Shown piece after piece: positions 23,401 through 33,639 of a stretch of DNA of 64,000 nucleotides (position 1 is its first letter; each line of letters starts with the position of its first letter). The notes beneath the pieces are model-generated. The model saw only the letters and a list, made by a program, of their open reading frames with translations, ran no database searches and had not been told where the DNA came from. Source of the DNA: Nemertoderma westbladi (lineage: Eukaryota > Animalia > Xenacoelomorpha); assembly GCA_032718475.1 (NCBI GenBank), contig JAUCBJ010007475.1:18617-82616 (forward strand), given 5' to 3'. Both the position numbers and the translations under genes were made by a program.

Positions 23401-26400
23401 CATCACCCTACTGATCGGACTTGATACACCGGAACTACACATCCCCACCGGAGATATCGCCCGATCTATAAAACAGGATGACGGATTTTATGCTGAACGA
23501 ACAATAATGGGATGGACACTCTGCGGCATTAAGGAGGAAACTACTGACACCTATACCTACCTTCCCAAATGTCAGATTAAAGAGAATGCAACCTCCGTGG
23601 GTTATTGCTCGGCTTCGGATCTTGACGAGGATTTGTTTCTGGAAACCGAGAAAACCCAACGAGAGATGACGAAATATTTTAATTTGGAGACCCAGGAGTT
23701 CGCAGAAAAGGACGAAAACCCATCCGAAGAGGACCAATATTGTATGGACGTTCTCGACCAGGCCACGTTTAAAGACGGACACTGGTGTTCACCTATGTTA
23801 TGGAAGGACCCAAACAAACCAATGGCAAACAACGCCAGCATGGCACTTAGGTGACTTAAAGGGATTCTACGCCGGCTGAATGACCAACCCGAGATAAAGG
23901 AGAAATATAATACCGTAATCCAAGGATATCTCGATGATGGATTAGCAGAAATGGTACCACGGAATGAACTGCAAGGTGGTAAAAGAACATATTATCTCCC
24001 AACCCACTATGTAGTAGAAGCCCGCAAAGGTGGGAAAATCCGAGTGGTAAATGATGCTGCCGCTATGTACCAGGGCGAACCCCTAAACAGTCAGCTTTAC
24101 ACGGGACCCAGCATATATAGTGCACTCATCGGCGTATTGATCAGGTTCAGGGAAAACCGGGTAGCATTCACCTGTGACATCAAGGCCATGTTTCATCAAG
24201 TTCGTACGTTACCAAGAGACTCGGACTGTCTACGTATCCTATGGACGGATAAAACGCTAACTCAACAGGAGATTAGCCAACTCACGATAAAGGACGTAGA
24301 CGTAATGCGTATGGTCGTCAGGATCTTCGGCGCTAAGGACTCGCCAGTAGCATGCAGTGACATGCTAAAGAGGACGGCAACTATGTGCGAAAACGAGTTC
24401 CCTCCAACCGTCATAGAAACCATTCGACGATGCTTCTACGTGGACGACGGATGCGCCGGCGCGGATAATGTGGATGAGGCATATCGGCTAGCAATGGGGA
24501 TGGTAGAATGTCTAAAGAAAGGAGGGTTTCCGCTCGTGAAGTTCAGATCCCACGACAAAACACTTATGGAAAAGTTTCCGGAGGACATCCGGCTGGAAAA
24601 TAACAAAATGTATTCGGAGGATGTGGAACATTGTGTACTCGGGATTGAATGGGACATAGAATCAGACAAATTCATCTTCAAATATAAACCCCTACCCAAG
24701 CCTATGACAAAAAGGGGATGTTTGTCGATAAAAAGCGCCATCTTCGACCCACTAAATTTCATATCTCCAGTAACCTTGGCCGGAATGAACCTGATTAAGG
24801 AAATGTGGATAGAAGGACTGGGATGGGACAAAGAGCTCCCCCCACACCTCAGCATCAAATGGAGAAAATGGACGGAGCAGCTCGAACACCTACATCTTAT
24901 GCGGATACCTAGACCGTTCTTCCTCGATAAATTACCCACCGATATCTTCCAGCTCCACACCTTTTCGGATGCTTCGAATACCGGAATCGGCGTAGTCACC
25001 TTCTTACGGAGACTAAGTAACGATGGAAACGGCGATACAAGCTTCTTATTCTCCAAAGCAAAGACAGTATCCGGGGAATTCGTAGCAACGATTCCGAGAC
25101 TCGAGCTATAAGCTGCAGTTTGGGCAGTAAGACAGAATCGCATGGTCATGCGGAATCTACGGATCCCCATAGAATCTCAACACTTCTGGGTCGATTCGAG
25201 TATAGTTCTCTATTATCTCCACTCTCCATCACGGCGTCACACCACGTTTGTTGCAAACCGAGCCACGGAGATTAAACAGTGTACCGGCCGAGAACAGTGG
25301 CATCACGTGAACGGGAAGGAAAACCCAGCGGACTTATCAAGCCGAGGCGCCACCCCAAAACAACTCGGTAAGAGTAAACTCTGGCTTACAGGCCCGGAAT
25401 TCCTACGGCAGCCACAATTAACATGGAGTACCCGATTCGACCTCGAACTCGATAGCGGAAAATACTCCGAGGACGATAAAGAGATCCGTAAAGTCCATCG
25501 AAGCAACGCGGTGGAAATTTATAGTTGTCTGACTGAGCCTGCACAGGACTCGGGCAGGCACTATAACGTCGCGACGATCACTCAACTAGCGGCGTCTCTA
25601 CATCGGTTGATCGAGCGAGCTTCATCAATGAGACGGCTCGTCCACCACGTTATAACCCTCCGTAACTTCCTACGGTGGAAAAACAACAAACCGATAGTTC
25701 AACGGAATATACAAGAACTCATTATCGCGGAGAAGTGTATTGTTAGATATGTCCAGAGAGAAAGTTTCCCCGATGAATGGGAACAACTTAGTGCGGGCAA
25801 AACATTGAAACCAGACAGCCCAGTCTACCAACTGAGACCAATGATGGGCGAGGATGGACTGATCCGACTGAATACCCGGATGGCAAACGCACCGGTCGAA
25901 TATGAGGTTAAATACCCGGCACTTCTGCCCGGAACGTCGACACTAGCTAAGCTATTAATTCTACAATGTCACGAGGACAACCACCACGCAGGACAGAATT
26001 GGATTATAGCTAATATAAGACAAAGATATTGGATCACCCACATCCAGCCACTGATCCGGAAAGTGTTGAAACGTTGCTTCACCTGCAGACGTTACCTAGC
26101 ACCACCAATCACCCAAAAGATGGCCGACCTACCAGCCACCCGTCTACAAGCAGATTCCCCACCGTTCTACGTCACCGGAGTGGACTGTTTCGGACCGTTT
26201 ACGGTCATCGAACGACGATCCAACATCAAATGCTGGGGAGCCATCTTCACCTGCCTAAGGTCTCGGGCAATTTACCTAGATATCGTGGTAAATCTGACAC
26301 AACACGCATTCATCAACGCTCTGCGTCGGTTCGTGGCGAACAACGGGACATGCCGCCACATGTATTCCGATAATGGTACAAACTTTGTGGGAGGAGAAAG

Positions 26401-27142
26401 AGAACTTAGAGAGGCGATCGAGGGATGGTTTACCGATAACACCGCATCCCAAGTCTGGAAGGAACACCAGATACAGTGGCACTTCCAGACCCCCTTAGCG
26501 CCCCATACGAGCGGGGTATGGGAGAAACTGATCAAACTAGTGAAACGATCCATGCGCGTCGCTCTAGGCGATACCCGGGTAACCCATGACACCCTCCGCA
26601 CAACATTCTGCGAGATCACGGCTACCCTGAACAACCGACCCATTGTCCCTATCCGCGACGACCCCACAGACCTGGAGCCCCTCACTCCTAACCACCTACT
26701 GGGGAGACCCAAAACCCACGTTCTCCCGGAAACCATGTTCCCGGATCCCAACGAGATCGCGAAACATACAAACTGGAAAAAGGCCCAAGCGTTGGCAGCG
26801 CATTGGTGGAGAATTTGGGCCCAGGAGTACCTCATAACCCTCCGGACCAGGAGGAAATGGAACAACACCTACCGGAACGTCGCAGTTGGCGACATGGTAC
26901 TAGTTAAAGAAGATCTCAAAGACCGCATGCACTGGCCTGTGGCGCGGGTCGTGACCATACACCCAAGCAAAGACGGACTTGCAAGGACTGTGACGATACG
27001 AACGAAATCGGGCCACTACCAACGCCCTATCCAGAGGCTGTGCCTTCTTGAAGGCAATGATAGCGGTGATTCTACGAGAGGTGATAAGTTCCCTACTACG
27101 GATCCTGCTACAGACATTGGTGACAATTATAAATGCGTTTAA
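20465..27142 (+). pseudogene. BEL/Pao gag-pol polyprotein, single frame with three premature stops
   Basis: ORFs 20465, 21572, 23951 and 25142 share one frame, separated by TAA 21320, TGA 23852 and TAA 25109. Gag FEGDP..Y..F; triple Cys-His CLFC..H..C / CFRC...GH...C / CAVC...HHTLLH; protease site LNNGS (D>N); RT YYLP.H, DIKAMFHQV, FYVDD; RNase H LHTFSDAS, TIPRLEL; integrase HHCC, GVDCFGP, YSDNGTNF, GVWEKL. Confidence 0.95.
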
Positions 27143-27435
27143 ACCCTTCTCATCATGTTGACAAACTCTTATAAACTGTGATTTATCGACAATGAAAATG
27201 GACCCCCCTTAAAACAACTGTAACCACGCAATGGTATTTGTGTTTCCTCGTGTGTTATGTGGAGTCCAGCGTCACCCTGCAGATGTTTCGACTGACGCAG
27301 GGTCGTTTATGCATTGTTACCCTGATTTTGGTCATCAGGACCAACGATATTGGATTATTGGAAATGGTAAAGATTTGAAGTGGAATTCATTGTATTCATT
27401 GCAGTATGTTATGTTGTCCGTTGCGTGCGCAGTTC

Positions 27436-27835
27436 GGGGCGTAGGCGGTGTAACGAGTCCAGCTGTAGATCCCGGATTGCCGCGTAACACCCCCTCTATC
27501 CCGTTATTCTGGTGGGTCCATGGTGCATCCACATGACTTCGACGATAGAGGGTTTTATGTTTCTCAGTCGCGTTATTCTGGTGGGACCGTTGCGTGGATT
27601 TTGGGGCGTAGGCGGTGTAACGAGTCCAGCTGTAGATCCCAGAATGTTGCGTAACCCCATCCCACATGACTTCGTCGACTGAGCTTTATGTTGTTGGGAG
27701 TGTTATTCTGGTGGGTCCCTGGTGTATCCATGTGACTTCACTCCTAGCGTCTTCATTGTCCGTTACGTGCGCAGTTTGGGGCGTAGGCGGTGTAACGAGT
27801 CCAGCTGTAGATCCCAGATTGCCGCATAACACCCC
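27436..27835 (+). repeat. Three dispersed copies of an identical 38-nt core in the pol-ORF2 spacer
   Basis: GGGGCGTAGGCGGTGTAACGAGTCCAGCTGTAGATCCC at 27436, 27603 and 27778, each followed by a partly complementary ..TTGCCGCGTAACACCCC-like tract. Confidence 0.9.
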
Positions 27836-28390
27836 TTCCACGACAAAGATTAACCAAAGAAAATGATTGAATGTAGTTGGAAATGATGAAAAGGATCAGA
27901 CAACTCTACTATAAACCTGAATGATGACGCGTATGCTGATGAAAATGAAATGATGCGCACCCTGGTGCTGCGCTTATAACAAATGATGATAGCCGGGGGG
28001 CTATAACCCCAATGATGATGTGGAAATAAACAAAATGTGAAATAAATGGTGGAACTAAATGTGATGAAATATATGTGGAAATAAATGAAATGAGATGAAA
28101 TAATAATGAAATGAAAAAAGACGAAAAAAAAGGTATAAAAAGGTCTAAAGAAAAGAATTGGAAAAAAGAAAAGGACAAAAAAGTCATAAAAACTAGTTGG
28201 ATATTAATGTATAGCTATAGTAACTGTAAATGCTGAATGTATTAGCAATAAGATGATAGATGTCTATATAGCAATGTTATTTAATAAACTGAATTAAATG
28301 AAAAACTGAATTATTCTGCTATCGCTATAGTTTCAGACTTTCTGGACTTATAATTAACTGATCTAATTTGTAACGGATATAATCGTAAAT

Positions 28391-30991
28391 ATGGACCCAA
28401 ATCGCCAAATTATCGGCGAATTACGTAGCACGATAGATCTACTGGAATATTCGCAACCTGGATCCCCTGACTTTGATACAAATTGGAGTACCCTGCTAAA
28501 TGAGAACGTGCGAGTCATTAAATTCACCGGGCGAGAGGGACCGGATTCCAAGAATCTACGAGCCCTCCGGTTAGCCGATGCTAGTACGAGACTGAAAAGA
28601 ACTCGGAACGCAAAGGCTACCGGAGGGGATGACTTGTCGTATTGGGAAACGTTCCGGCAGAGCGTCTACAGATCCCGATGTTTGATCTACGACAACGAGG
28701 GAAATGCGACGCCCACCTCGAAAGCGATTACGTTGGCGAGATGTCAAAGTTTCGTCGACGACAAGAGTACGTACCTCGCCCACTGGGGAAACCTGTCGGA
28801 GTGTACGGCAACGCTTCGAGAGGAACGTATATCGACCATCCAGAATCGCGACGACTACCAGGAAAAGTACGGGGCGAAAGAATACGGTCGATCCTTAGTC
28901 GTCGTCCTCGGAACCCTGGACGGTTTGGTACTGGTGTGCCGAATATTCCCGACACCCAGACAGGAAGTGCAGGCAGCCGGAGCGATCTGGTTGCTAGCTC
29001 CGGAAATCCAAAAGATCCTCTTCGACTTCGACGTCATTAAAATCGGGTCGGATATCAAGGCGGACGTCCGGAACGACTACGCGAACGCTCCTGCAGGAAG
29101 AAACCGACGAGACGACCTCAACGCCCTTAGCCATTGCATCGACACTCAAACGCTACTAGCCTGGTTACGATTCGCCGAGTTCATGCGAGGATTCCAAGAG
29201 GTGAGACCGACGAAATCCGGGATCGGCTACCTCGCTGTGCTAAACGGCGGTATCGACTTCAAACCCCAGAAATTCCGGGACTATAATAAAATATATGGTG
29301 GATACCCGGAATTAGAAATAAAGAGCGAGCGAGAGGGTCGATGGAAGGACGTTGATCGGAATTGGACGATACACCAAAGGTGGGAGAATCCCGATCGACG
29401 GAACTACGTTTACGTCGTTATGGAATGCTACACCGTCGCTAAGTTTATCTGTAAGACTCTCGATAACCTCATTACGGCGGTTCCCCTTTCCTTCGTCGAC
29501 TACGACTGGAACGAGGTCATAAACCACGCGTTCAAAGCGGTCGAGAACATTACACCGGGAGAGACAAAAACGCTCGCCGTTATCGATTCCTGGGACGAGA
29601 GCGGACCTTACGACATCCCTACGATTACCGAACTTCTCGGTGCGGATGAGCCTCTGATCTCTTCGGAAGGGGAAGAGATATGGCTAAACGAGGGTGTTCT
29701 ACTCTCCACCCCGAAGCGACAACTCGAGCCGGAGGCCGCTTACCAACCGGCCGCCAAACGGGTTGCCTCGGCCGAACCGATGAAGAGAACAGGTGCTTAC
29801 ACCCCACGCGGCTCCGGTAGCCCCGTGAGGGAGGTAGCCACTACATCTGCATTGAGCGACTTCGGCGACATATGCCAACGGTTATCCCCGTATCCTTTCC
29901 CGGGTGGCGAAGATTGGTCGTCGGAGATTCCGAGTACCAGCCACCAACGGACCCGCTCAGCGATACTGGTCGAGGAGGGCCCCAGCGATGCGCCGACCCC
30001 CGACGATCTCCTCGGTATCCCTCCGTCTAAAACCCCGGCTCCTCTTCGCCGACCAGCGGTGGCTACTACACCCGCCGTTCCTCAGGACCCTATGCGACTA
30101 ACCCGTTGGTACGCCGAGCAAACTGAATGGATCCACCGCCAGAAACGGTCGTCCGAGTTGAGACCAACGGGACACAAAGAAGGTTATCGAAGCGAGAACC
30201 TACTACGCAAAAGCCTTGCATTCCGCGGGCTACCGGCCACCGCGAATATTCCGAGGAGCGACCGACGACTCGAATATTACGTCGGCCTCCCGATTCCGAT
30301 ATTCCCCGGTCGAGAGATGCAGTTGGAGGTGTGCGGCGACTGTGGTTCGGAGCAGTGCCCACGCGGTAGAAGGAATCGGGTTACCGATTCATGCCTCCAG
30401 CTCCTCGGGATACTCTATTGCCCATACTGCGCGACATCGGGCCACGACGTTTCCGTCTGCCCGATCCTATATAACCTCTGCACCACGTGCGGTTTCCATG
30501 GACATTCCTCTAGCCCCCGCTGCTATATCAAATGTCCAACCAAGGACGTAACCGCTATGGGAAATATGGTCATGTTTGAAACATACGCAAACAGCCACTT
30601 AAAGACCAAGGTTCGGAGAAACGCTCGGAATATCGCGCAGGAGATGGCGTGCGGGTATTTCTCCTTCCCGGAACGCCTCCACACGTCGGCCACGCTGCCT
30701 TTCCATTACGTGGACTTGTTGCTGAGCGCTGGATTATTCGGCCCATTCGAAGTCATTAGACGCTTATACTCGTATAAAGAGGAGTTTGGTGACGGAGAGT
30801 GGTTCCTCGAGGCTCGCAACTCCGAGTTGGAACGACGAACCGATATGATCCCGATGCCATCGAAAGGAAGAGCCGCCAGAAGACAAGCCGAAGCGTTGCT
30901 CACGATGGATGTTGACGCTCCTCTACCAGCTATAGCGATCGATGAGAGCCGACGGGCGAAAAGGCGAAAGGTGTATCAGAGAAAGAAATAG
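28391..30991 (+). CDS. Retrotransposon accessory protein: DEDDy (RNase D/WRN/Mut-7-like) 3'-5' exonuclease domain, Pro/Ser-rich linker, CCHC zinc knuckles, basic C-terminus
   Basis: Uninterrupted 866 aa. ExoI-like LIYDNEG; LAPEIQKILFDFDVIKIGSDIKAD (cf. LPxxLxxLLEDPxIxKVGxxIxxD); CIDTQTL; SGIGYLA; ExoIII-like YVVME; CPYCATSGHDVSVC (C-x2-C-x4-H-x4-C) and CTTCGFHGHSSSPRC. Domain call is by motif recognition only. Confidence 0.8.
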   Translation: MDPNRQIIGELRSTIDLLEYSQPGSPDFDTNWSTLLNENVRVIKFTGREGPDSKNLRALRLADASTRLKRTRNAKATGGDDLSYWETFRQSVYRSRCLIYDNEGNATPTSKAITLARCQSFVDDKSTYLAHWGNLSECTATLREERISTIQNRDDYQEKYGAKEYGRSLVVVLGTLDGLVLVCRIFPTPRQEVQAAGAIWLLAPEIQKILFDFDVIKIGSDIKADVRNDYANAPAGRNRRDDLNALSHCIDTQTLLAWLRFAEFMRGFQEVRPTKSGIGYLAVLNGGIDFKPQKFRDYNKIYGGYPELEIKSEREGRWKDVDRNWTIHQRWENPDRRNYVYVVMECYTVAKFICKTLDNLITAVPLSFVDYDWNEVINHAFKAVENITPGETKTLAVIDSWDESGPYDIPTITELLGADEPLISSEGEEIWLNEGVLLSTPKRQLEPEAAYQPAAKRVASAEPMKRTGAYTPRGSGSPVREVATTSALSDFGDICQRLSPYPFPGGEDWSSEIPSTSHQRTRSAILVEEGPSDAPTPDDLLGIPPSKTPAPLRRPAVATTPAVPQDPMRLTRWYAEQTEWIHRQKRSSELRPTGHKEGYRSENLLRKSLAFRGLPATANIPRSDRRLEYYVGLPIPIFPGREMQLEVCGDCGSEQCPRGRRNRVTDSCLQLLGILYCPYCATSGHDVSVCPILYNLCTTCGFHGHSSSPRCYIKCPTKDVTAMGNMVMFETYANSHLKTKVRRNARNIAQEMACGYFSFPERLHTSATLPFHYVDLLLSAGLFGPFEVIRRLYSYKEEFGDGEWFLEARNSELERRTDMIPMPSKGRAARRQAEALLTMDVDAPLPAIAIDESRRAKRRKVYQRKK

Positions 30992-31147
30992 TGGATCGGG
31001 ATATGCCAGGAACATTTATCGAACATTTATTTTTATACAAACTCTAGGCCAAATTAATTAAAAACTATGCAATATTAAATTTGGGTTTTTTATATTGGGA
31101 ATGACCTACGCAAACTCAATCTACCGACAGACTTCACGAAGGTCATT

Positions 31148-31155
31148 GGGGGGGA
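31148..31155 (+). promoter_or_regulatory. Polypurine tract of the BEL element
   Basis: GGGGGGGA-C immediately before the 3' LTR TGTT. Confidence 0.8.
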
Positions 31156-31156
31156 C

Positions 31157-32230
31157 TGTTCGCGGTATTTCAACTTTCCATAACGCGAGTTGAATATTTT
31201 TGTATTTATTTAAAATTGATTATTCCGATATTATTACTGGGTGCGGGACCATGGGTTTTGGGCACATTCAATAAACTGGGGGCGATTTATGGGCGAACTT
31301 TGGGGCAACTTACAGGGTACGGGAATAATTTCATAGTTATAAGGGCCAGGGGGGGGGGGATGGAGAATTCAAGCAGTATTCAGGTTAGCCTGAGTACTAT
31401 TAGGCCCTGGCCAACTTCCTGCTGCCTGTAGGGGTGGATTTGGTAATGCGCCAGGCCTAAAGGACAAGGACTGCCCTTAGTGGTCCCTGGCCAACAGCAG
31501 CTATTACGAGACTGAAAATAACTCGGACCGCTGACTGCTTGTGTCAGGGATTTGCGACGGGAAACAACAGCCCCTTAGTAGCCAAGCCGTTCTGGTTCTC
31601 GATGATCGAACCCTTCGGGGTTCGTGAGGGGTGGAACGGACACGCGAACGGGTCCACCGACACGACAGACTCCTAGCCAAGCCGTACTGGTTCTCGATGA
31701 CCGATCCCTTCGGGGTTCGAGAGGGGCGGTACGGATACGCGACAGAGTCCACCGACTGGACCGACCCTTAGCTAAGCCGTGCTGGTTCTCGATGATCGTT
31801 CCCTTCGGGGTTCGTGAGGGGTGGAACGGACACGCGACAGGGTCGACCGACACCGACACTACGGCACTAAGACTAGGACCAAGGGAAAAATCTGGGGAAC
31901 ATTAGGTAGGCTAAAATCTGAGCGAACAGTGGGTAATTAAATAATATACCGTAGGGATTTATATTATCGTGTATAATTATTGTGAATATTTGGTGTATAT
32001 TGATTTGGGGAAGCCCAAAATTATTCTTAATCAGGTTTCAACTGTAGGAAGTTACATTAAAGAGTATATATATCCAACTAATGCAGCTTTTTATCAACCG
32101 CAAACTTGCATCTCAGAAAACATTCCTTCTCCACAATCAATATCCGGTGACTGGCCGGGGCTCGGTGGTCTGTAAAGTCACGTCTCCAGCATCGGCGTTT
32201 TTCCCCCCTGGTGTAGGGATAACAGCAACA
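31157..32230 (+). repeat. BEL 3' LTR
   Basis: Direct repeat of 18997-20067, followed by TSD ATCTT. Confidence 0.97.
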
Positions 32231-33162
32231 ATCTTGATATATTGCCCAATATCAACACCCTCGACTAATGCATATGTTTGAGATGACAGTGTACTCTTCG
32301 TCACTCTCCTGGAGCAACGGCTAGACCAATAAACTAAGAATTGTCCCCAAAATACATAAACTGCCAATCGTGAAGGATTTCCGAATGCTGCATCAGTAAA
32401 TACATGAAGATCAGGAAATTCATGCTCAACGCCAACGGATTCTGACGACACGGGTAGAAATTTCAATGTAAAGGATTCCATTTGACTTCGTCTCACTTGT
32501 TTATTCAAGAGTCGAATATCGCTTGTTGTTGGCTTCGAGACTTGTGAGAGCGAGCCGATTTGAAATGCCAAGTCAGGGCTTCTATTTGAGACAATCCACA
32601 TAAATTTTCCTAATAATGCACGAAACATATATTCAAAGTCGTCATCTGTTGCCAAATCGATTTCGTTGAGAGTTCGAATGTACTGGGTTTGAGACAATTC
32701 AAAACCACCATAGTCTAACTTTCGAATATGTACTCCAAGAAATTTAGTCCAACTGCTGCCAATCTGAACAATTTTACCAACTTTTAGCAATGTCTGCAGA
32801 CCATCACAAACTTTAATCACTGATGATGGTAATCCAGCAACTAGAATATCATCCACATGTGTGGTAATAATACCACACAAATTTCCTTCCTCGTTATATG
32901 TCATGTACATGGCTGGATCAAAGAAACTTTGAATGTTTCCCAGTTGACGTAGATTGTCTTGAAGTTTCAAGAACCATTCTCGTGAAGCATCGGAAAGGCC
33001 GTAGACAGCCTTCTTTAATTTCCAGAATCGAGGAGCATCAACGTTCTGAAACTCAACAGGTGGTTTAACATATACAGATCTATCTCTTGACAAATTACCA
33101 CTTTGTAAGAAGGCAGTTTTTATATCAACAGCCCATATATTCCAGTCAAATATGGTTGCCAA
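32231..33162 (-). pseudogene. Copia reverse transcriptase and RNase H N-terminal part
   Basis: DIKTAFLQ, WKLKKAVYGLSDASREW, DPAMY, HVDDIL, VFTDAAF, RRVTKSTL. Confidence 0.93.
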
Positions 33163-33470
33163 TTATTATCGGATTATCGGTAGCCTTATGTAGGTCTTGT
33201 TACCGGTAAAATATCAGAAGTAACGCAGAAGGAAGCCAATAGCCGGACAGTTTAATCGAGGATTAGACAGTAGGTAGGTAATGGTACCTACCGGAAGTTC
33301 TGTAGTACAGCAACAAAAGCTGGATAGCGCCATCACTCAATACTGCAATAGAAGATGCAGGAAACAAAGCGCCATCACGCGAGCGAGAATGTATGAAAGT
33401 GCCATCACACTCTCAACATGAATCAGTGCCATAACACTGTGTAGTGCCATCACACTATGAGATCGATGAA

Positions 33471-33482
33471 GCTCTGCTACCA
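33471..33482 (-). promoter_or_regulatory. Copia PBS complementary to initiator tRNA-Met
   Basis: Minus strand TGGTAGCAGAGC, 2 nt inside the 5' LTR; followed by short GTGATGGCAC repeats. Confidence 0.88.
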
Positions 33483-33484
33483 TT

Positions 33485-33639
33485 TGTTATTTCAGTAATT
33501 CGTATAATATTCTGATAATAACATGACTACAGGTATAGTAAATCACATGCAGAGAGAACAACATAACGATACCGGTAGGTATATAACACAGTAGTGATCC
33601 CAGTGCAAACGGTAGTTGCATATAATAACAATAATAACA
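33485..33639 (-). repeat. Copia 5' LTR
   Basis: Matches 18408-18566; followed by AGTAG. Confidence 0.9.

Larger units (their letters stand above)
18997..32230 (+). mobile_element. Full-length BEL/Pao LTR retrotransposon (13.2 kb) with an extra 3' ORF
   Basis: ~1.07 kb near-identical LTRs TGTTCGCGG...GCAACA; TSD ATCTT (18992-18996, 32231-32235); gag-PR-RT-RH-INT domain order typical of BEL/Pao; PPT before the 3' LTR. Confidence 0.97.
18408..33639 (-). mobile_element. Internally deleted Ty1/Copia LTR retrotransposon (GalEa-like), split by the BEL insertion
   Basis: ~155-159 bp LTRs at 18408-18566 and 33485-33639 (TG...CA), TSD AGTAG, tRNA-iMet PBS, RT/RNase H on the minus strand; only ~320 bp between PBS and RT, so gag/PR/INT are missing. 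Confidence 0.92.

Noticed and set aside
21320-25111. Programmed readthrough at the in-frame stops of BEL gag-pol
   Set aside because: The stops fall inside conserved regions (e.g. IPRLEL*AAV, normally a sense codon), each is one C>T away from CAA/CGA, and the protease Asp is also mutated; this is simple decay.
24436-26868. Long antisense ORFs over pol (also over TOP2, YTH and POGLUT1)
   Set aside because: Shadow ORFs from codon bias on the opposite strand of real coding sequence; no independent motifs.
28391-30991. env glycoprotein
   Set aside because: No signal peptide, transmembrane segment or fusion-protein pattern; nuclease and knuckle motifs instead.
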